64,000 bases of DNA from Amphiscolops sp. MND2022 (Eukaryota). Shown here piece after piece: positions 61,516 to 64,000 of this stretch; the stretch's first letter is position 1; each line of letters starts with the position of its first letter. The notes under the pieces were generated by a model that was not told the DNA's origin, did not search any database, and saw nothing but the letters and a program-made list of their open reading frames with translations. The translations under genes were made by a program, and so were the position numbers. The stretch is taken from the NCBI GenBank assembly GCA_964187785.1, contig OZ076412.1, forward strand, positions 38,750,001 through 38,814,000, written 5' to 3'.

Positions 61516-61550
61516 AGGACGAATTGTCGCTTTTTGGAATTTGGGACTAG
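60945..61550 (+). CDS. ORF inside the solo LTR (201 aa, hydrophilic, central coiled-coil-like segment), ending in flanking DNA
   Basis: ATG at 60945; the frame stays open past the LTR end at 61515. Expression unknown. Confidence 0.45.
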   Translation: MENKRNRRSRRLATPSPDREVRETRIDSSESGNITLTNSNLNVQESLGEPNLENQLREPSQISDEIQVWTQIVERKNTERIKNMREEMENKLEAILKEIKYNKSASTVTSPRSDVNEIQEPQPSGSRTDPSIGVHASNNENSNSENDDYPLRASKMKDLKHPAKPLFRSESDVYVTIHSDEESDIEEDYHKDELSLFGIWD

Positions 61551-63344
61551 TTGTCGCTTTACGTCTCATCTAGCGTTGTTAACTAAAAATGTGATGTTTT
61601 GAAGGAGCGGACTCGTAAATTGTGTGGTTTGGACGACAAACAACTAGTCCATGTGATAGTCGTGCTCGTTTTATTACTGAAGAGCCACCTAATGAGGTGT
61701 TAGGACTTACTTCAAAGCTCAGGCGTTTGTCCCGGATTTGTTTTGCATATTGGGGACTTTAATTTCTCCAGGAAAACATCATTCCCATCAAAGACCTTCT
61801 TTTTAATCGCATTTTGGTACTTCCATAGTTGGCTGTTTTTCCTTTTCCCAATATGCGGGATGCTTCTGCGAGTTTTCCGTGTGTATCCTCAAAAAACAGG
61901 AAACATCACTGCCTTTGCAAAACTTTGAATCAAGTTGAATTCGATGAAAACTCTTTTGTTCATACGATGTTTATACGAGATTAATTCTTGGTTAAGATAA
62001 TTCGAAACTGAAGTTTTGATATTTTGTATGCCATCTAATAGCTTTTCTCGCGAGGAACTGATTTTATTGACTTCTCTTATAAGTTGGCTCTACATTGTTT
62101 ATGTTGAATGGATTGGGTTGCACAATGTTTGACTTGGTTCGACGATGTTAATGAGCAAACAACTGTTGAGTATTGGTGTGACATTGGGAACAGAAAGGTT
62201 TTGGAATCTGTGTTGTTCATTCTGGCCATTCGGGCAGCTAGTGAATGATTAAAACTGGAGCCAAAGGGCTATTACACCACCCGAAACGCGACTGAAGAAC
62301 GAATGCCGTGGCGATTCAAAGACAGCCACACGACTGTCAAACTGCAATTCGGCCCCGACTTCGCAGATAAGGAAACCGAAAATAATCCGTTCAACAGCTT
62401 CACAGTTAGTTATTTCTTGCTTTTTAGTCTCTACTTTCAAAGATTCAAAAATTTAGTCTTAAAAACCCCTGACTGCTTAACAAGATAGGCTAATAGACAC
62501 AGGCTCAAGTGAAAGTAGTTTTGGCCGATTTGTTAGGAAAAATTGAAAGCATACTCAAGAAAATTGTGAACAAACCGGGAACGTATAAAATCGGCTCCCC
62601 TTTTGAGGGTCCAAAAGCGCAAAATTTTTCAAAATATGCTCAGGGCGTTTTTAAGGATCGCACAAATATAAGGGTGCCAAAAATACCAAGATGGTAATGT
62701 GCTCGGAAAATGTCTTCCTCTAACTGAAAACAGGAAAAAATGTTAAAAATTTGGTATTTTAGAAAAAAAATTAAAGAAAAAAGATGAAAGTACCGGAAAA
62801 CTTGAACTGGACCCTTTACGTTCTTGAAACTCGTTTCCTTTAGTGAAATTTGAAACGTTCCGAAAAAACGCACAGTGCCAAAAACTTCGGGGTGCACACT
62901 CTCGGTTCCCAGATAGTTTCGAGGAGACGGTAAAACTGTGAAAAACTTAAGGGGGAGTACCATTTGGCCTCTTTGGGCCCCTTTACTCGTTAGACGTAAG
63001 GTCTGAGAAAAGTGGCCATTTCAGTGTCAGCTATGTGGTCTGGAGAAAAAACAACTTAGTTTGAAAGTCGTGCACATTGGGCTATAAAATGCATCGAAGA
63101 AGAAAGTTTATTTCCCCAATTCCGCGGGGTGGACGCCGAATAAGCAGTTCTGCTTTTCTAAGTCGGCGCCCTTTCGGCTACTATCTCCCCAAAGCAAGCT
63201 ATGGTACCATATTTGCAGTCAAGTGGTCAAGCAATGGTGGACTTGAAGCTGTGGTTTCAGAGTGACTTGCTCAAGGTCACAAAGGTCTGACTGCTCACCG
63301 TTGCTCTTTTTAATTTTGCTTTTCTCCGCTAAATGCGTTATTTT

Positions 63345-63477
63345 ATGTCACTGACCATACCACTAAGCTAGGGATGAAGGACTTGCTTAAGGCCCAACAA
63401 TGGTGAGTTGAGAGAGATTCGAACCTGTTACCGCGCCAGTACAGGCCGAATGCTCTAACCACTACGCCATGCTCCCC
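63345..63477 (-). mobile_element. tRNA-derived SINE-like element
   Basis: Minus strand ggggagcatggcgtagtggttagagc (A-box)...ggttcgaatc (B-box), followed by a non-tRNA body. Confidence 0.6.
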
Positions 63478-63601
63478 AACCACTACGCCATGCTCCCCAA
63501 CCACTACACCATGCTCCCAAACCACTACGCCATGCTCCCCAACCGCTACACCATGCTCCCCAACCACTACGCCATGCTTCCCAACCACTACGCCATGCTC
63601 C
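63457..63601. repeat. 21-bp tandem repeat, 7 copies, of the SINE 5' end/A-box
   Basis: Unit aaccactacgccatgctcccc at 63457, 63478, 63499, 63520, 63541, 63562 and 63583. Confidence 0.92.
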
Positions 63602-64000
63602 TCTTCGACTAAGAAACTGCTGACCGAGAAAGCTGGTGGTCAGTTTCAGTCCGCACTTTAAAGATAAAACGCGACCGTCATAATGGCTTTCCCGTAGGCT
63701 AATTTCAAGCCACTGAAAATTACCAATGAGGTTCTGCGAAGAGTTACAATACGCCTACAATAAAAGATTGCCAAAATGATTTAAAGTGACGTTTCTCATG
63801 TTCCGACAATTTCATTCAAAAGATAGGCGGGTCTCATGCACTGTGCGACTTTTTTGATTTTTTCAGTTTCTCAAAAAGGTCCTCGTTTTGGTTTTCGGGG
63901 GTTACCCAACAAGCAAATTCAACACACTGTCACTTACAGAAAACTCAACAAATAAAAATTCAGCACAGAAAACTGAACACGAAATTTTATTCTAGTCATT

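Larger units (their letters stand above)
59547..61563. mobile_element. Foldback/MITE-like element built from aagcgacaattcgtccc modules, interrupted by a solo LTR
   Basis: Modules face forward in the left part and reversed in the right part. The same 10-mer tctcatctag flanks both sides (59537-59546, 61564-61573). Confidence 0.45.

Noticed and set aside
63343-63588. 81-aa ORF with GEHGVVV repeats
   Set aside because: It is only the translation of the 21-bp tandem repeat.
63457-63601. Possible CRISPR array
   Set aside because: Units are head-to-tail with no spacers, there are no cas genes, and the context is eukaryotic.

Overview
AT-rich, repeat-dense eukaryotic genomic DNA, probably from an invertebrate animal (inference). 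The main feature is a full-length endogenous Polinton/Maverick (adintovirus-type) element at 12902-28370 (15,469 bp). It has exact 47-bp AGTAGT...ACTACT terminal inverted repeats and a 6-bp GTCAGG target-site duplication, and it sits inside a copy of an abundant non-autonomous host repeat. It encodes protein-primed PolB, a DDE integrase, an FtsK-like packaging ATPase, penton, core protein, hexon, an adenain protease and a parvovirus-type PLA2. Unusual traits: (i) the integrase starts with a 2A/StopGo-like NPGP motif followed by a PHD-like finger; (ii) two short predicted introns would add a poly-Asp acidic tail to PolB; (iii) a Y-shaped hairpin, an HUH-motif ORF and the PLA2 lie together at the left end; (iv) core and hexon are fused in one frame; (v) a spliced gene with two PC4-like repeats lies at the right end. 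A frameshift and a nonsense codon suggest a young but decaying copy. The rest of the window holds a 4-exon divergent MOB-family host gene (43610-48896), decayed LINE, CRE-clade and Ty3/Gypsy retroelements, a solo LTR carrying an ORF, several HINE/DINE-like repeat copies, tRNA-derived sequences and microsatellites. All family assignments come from reading motifs by eye; no database search was run.
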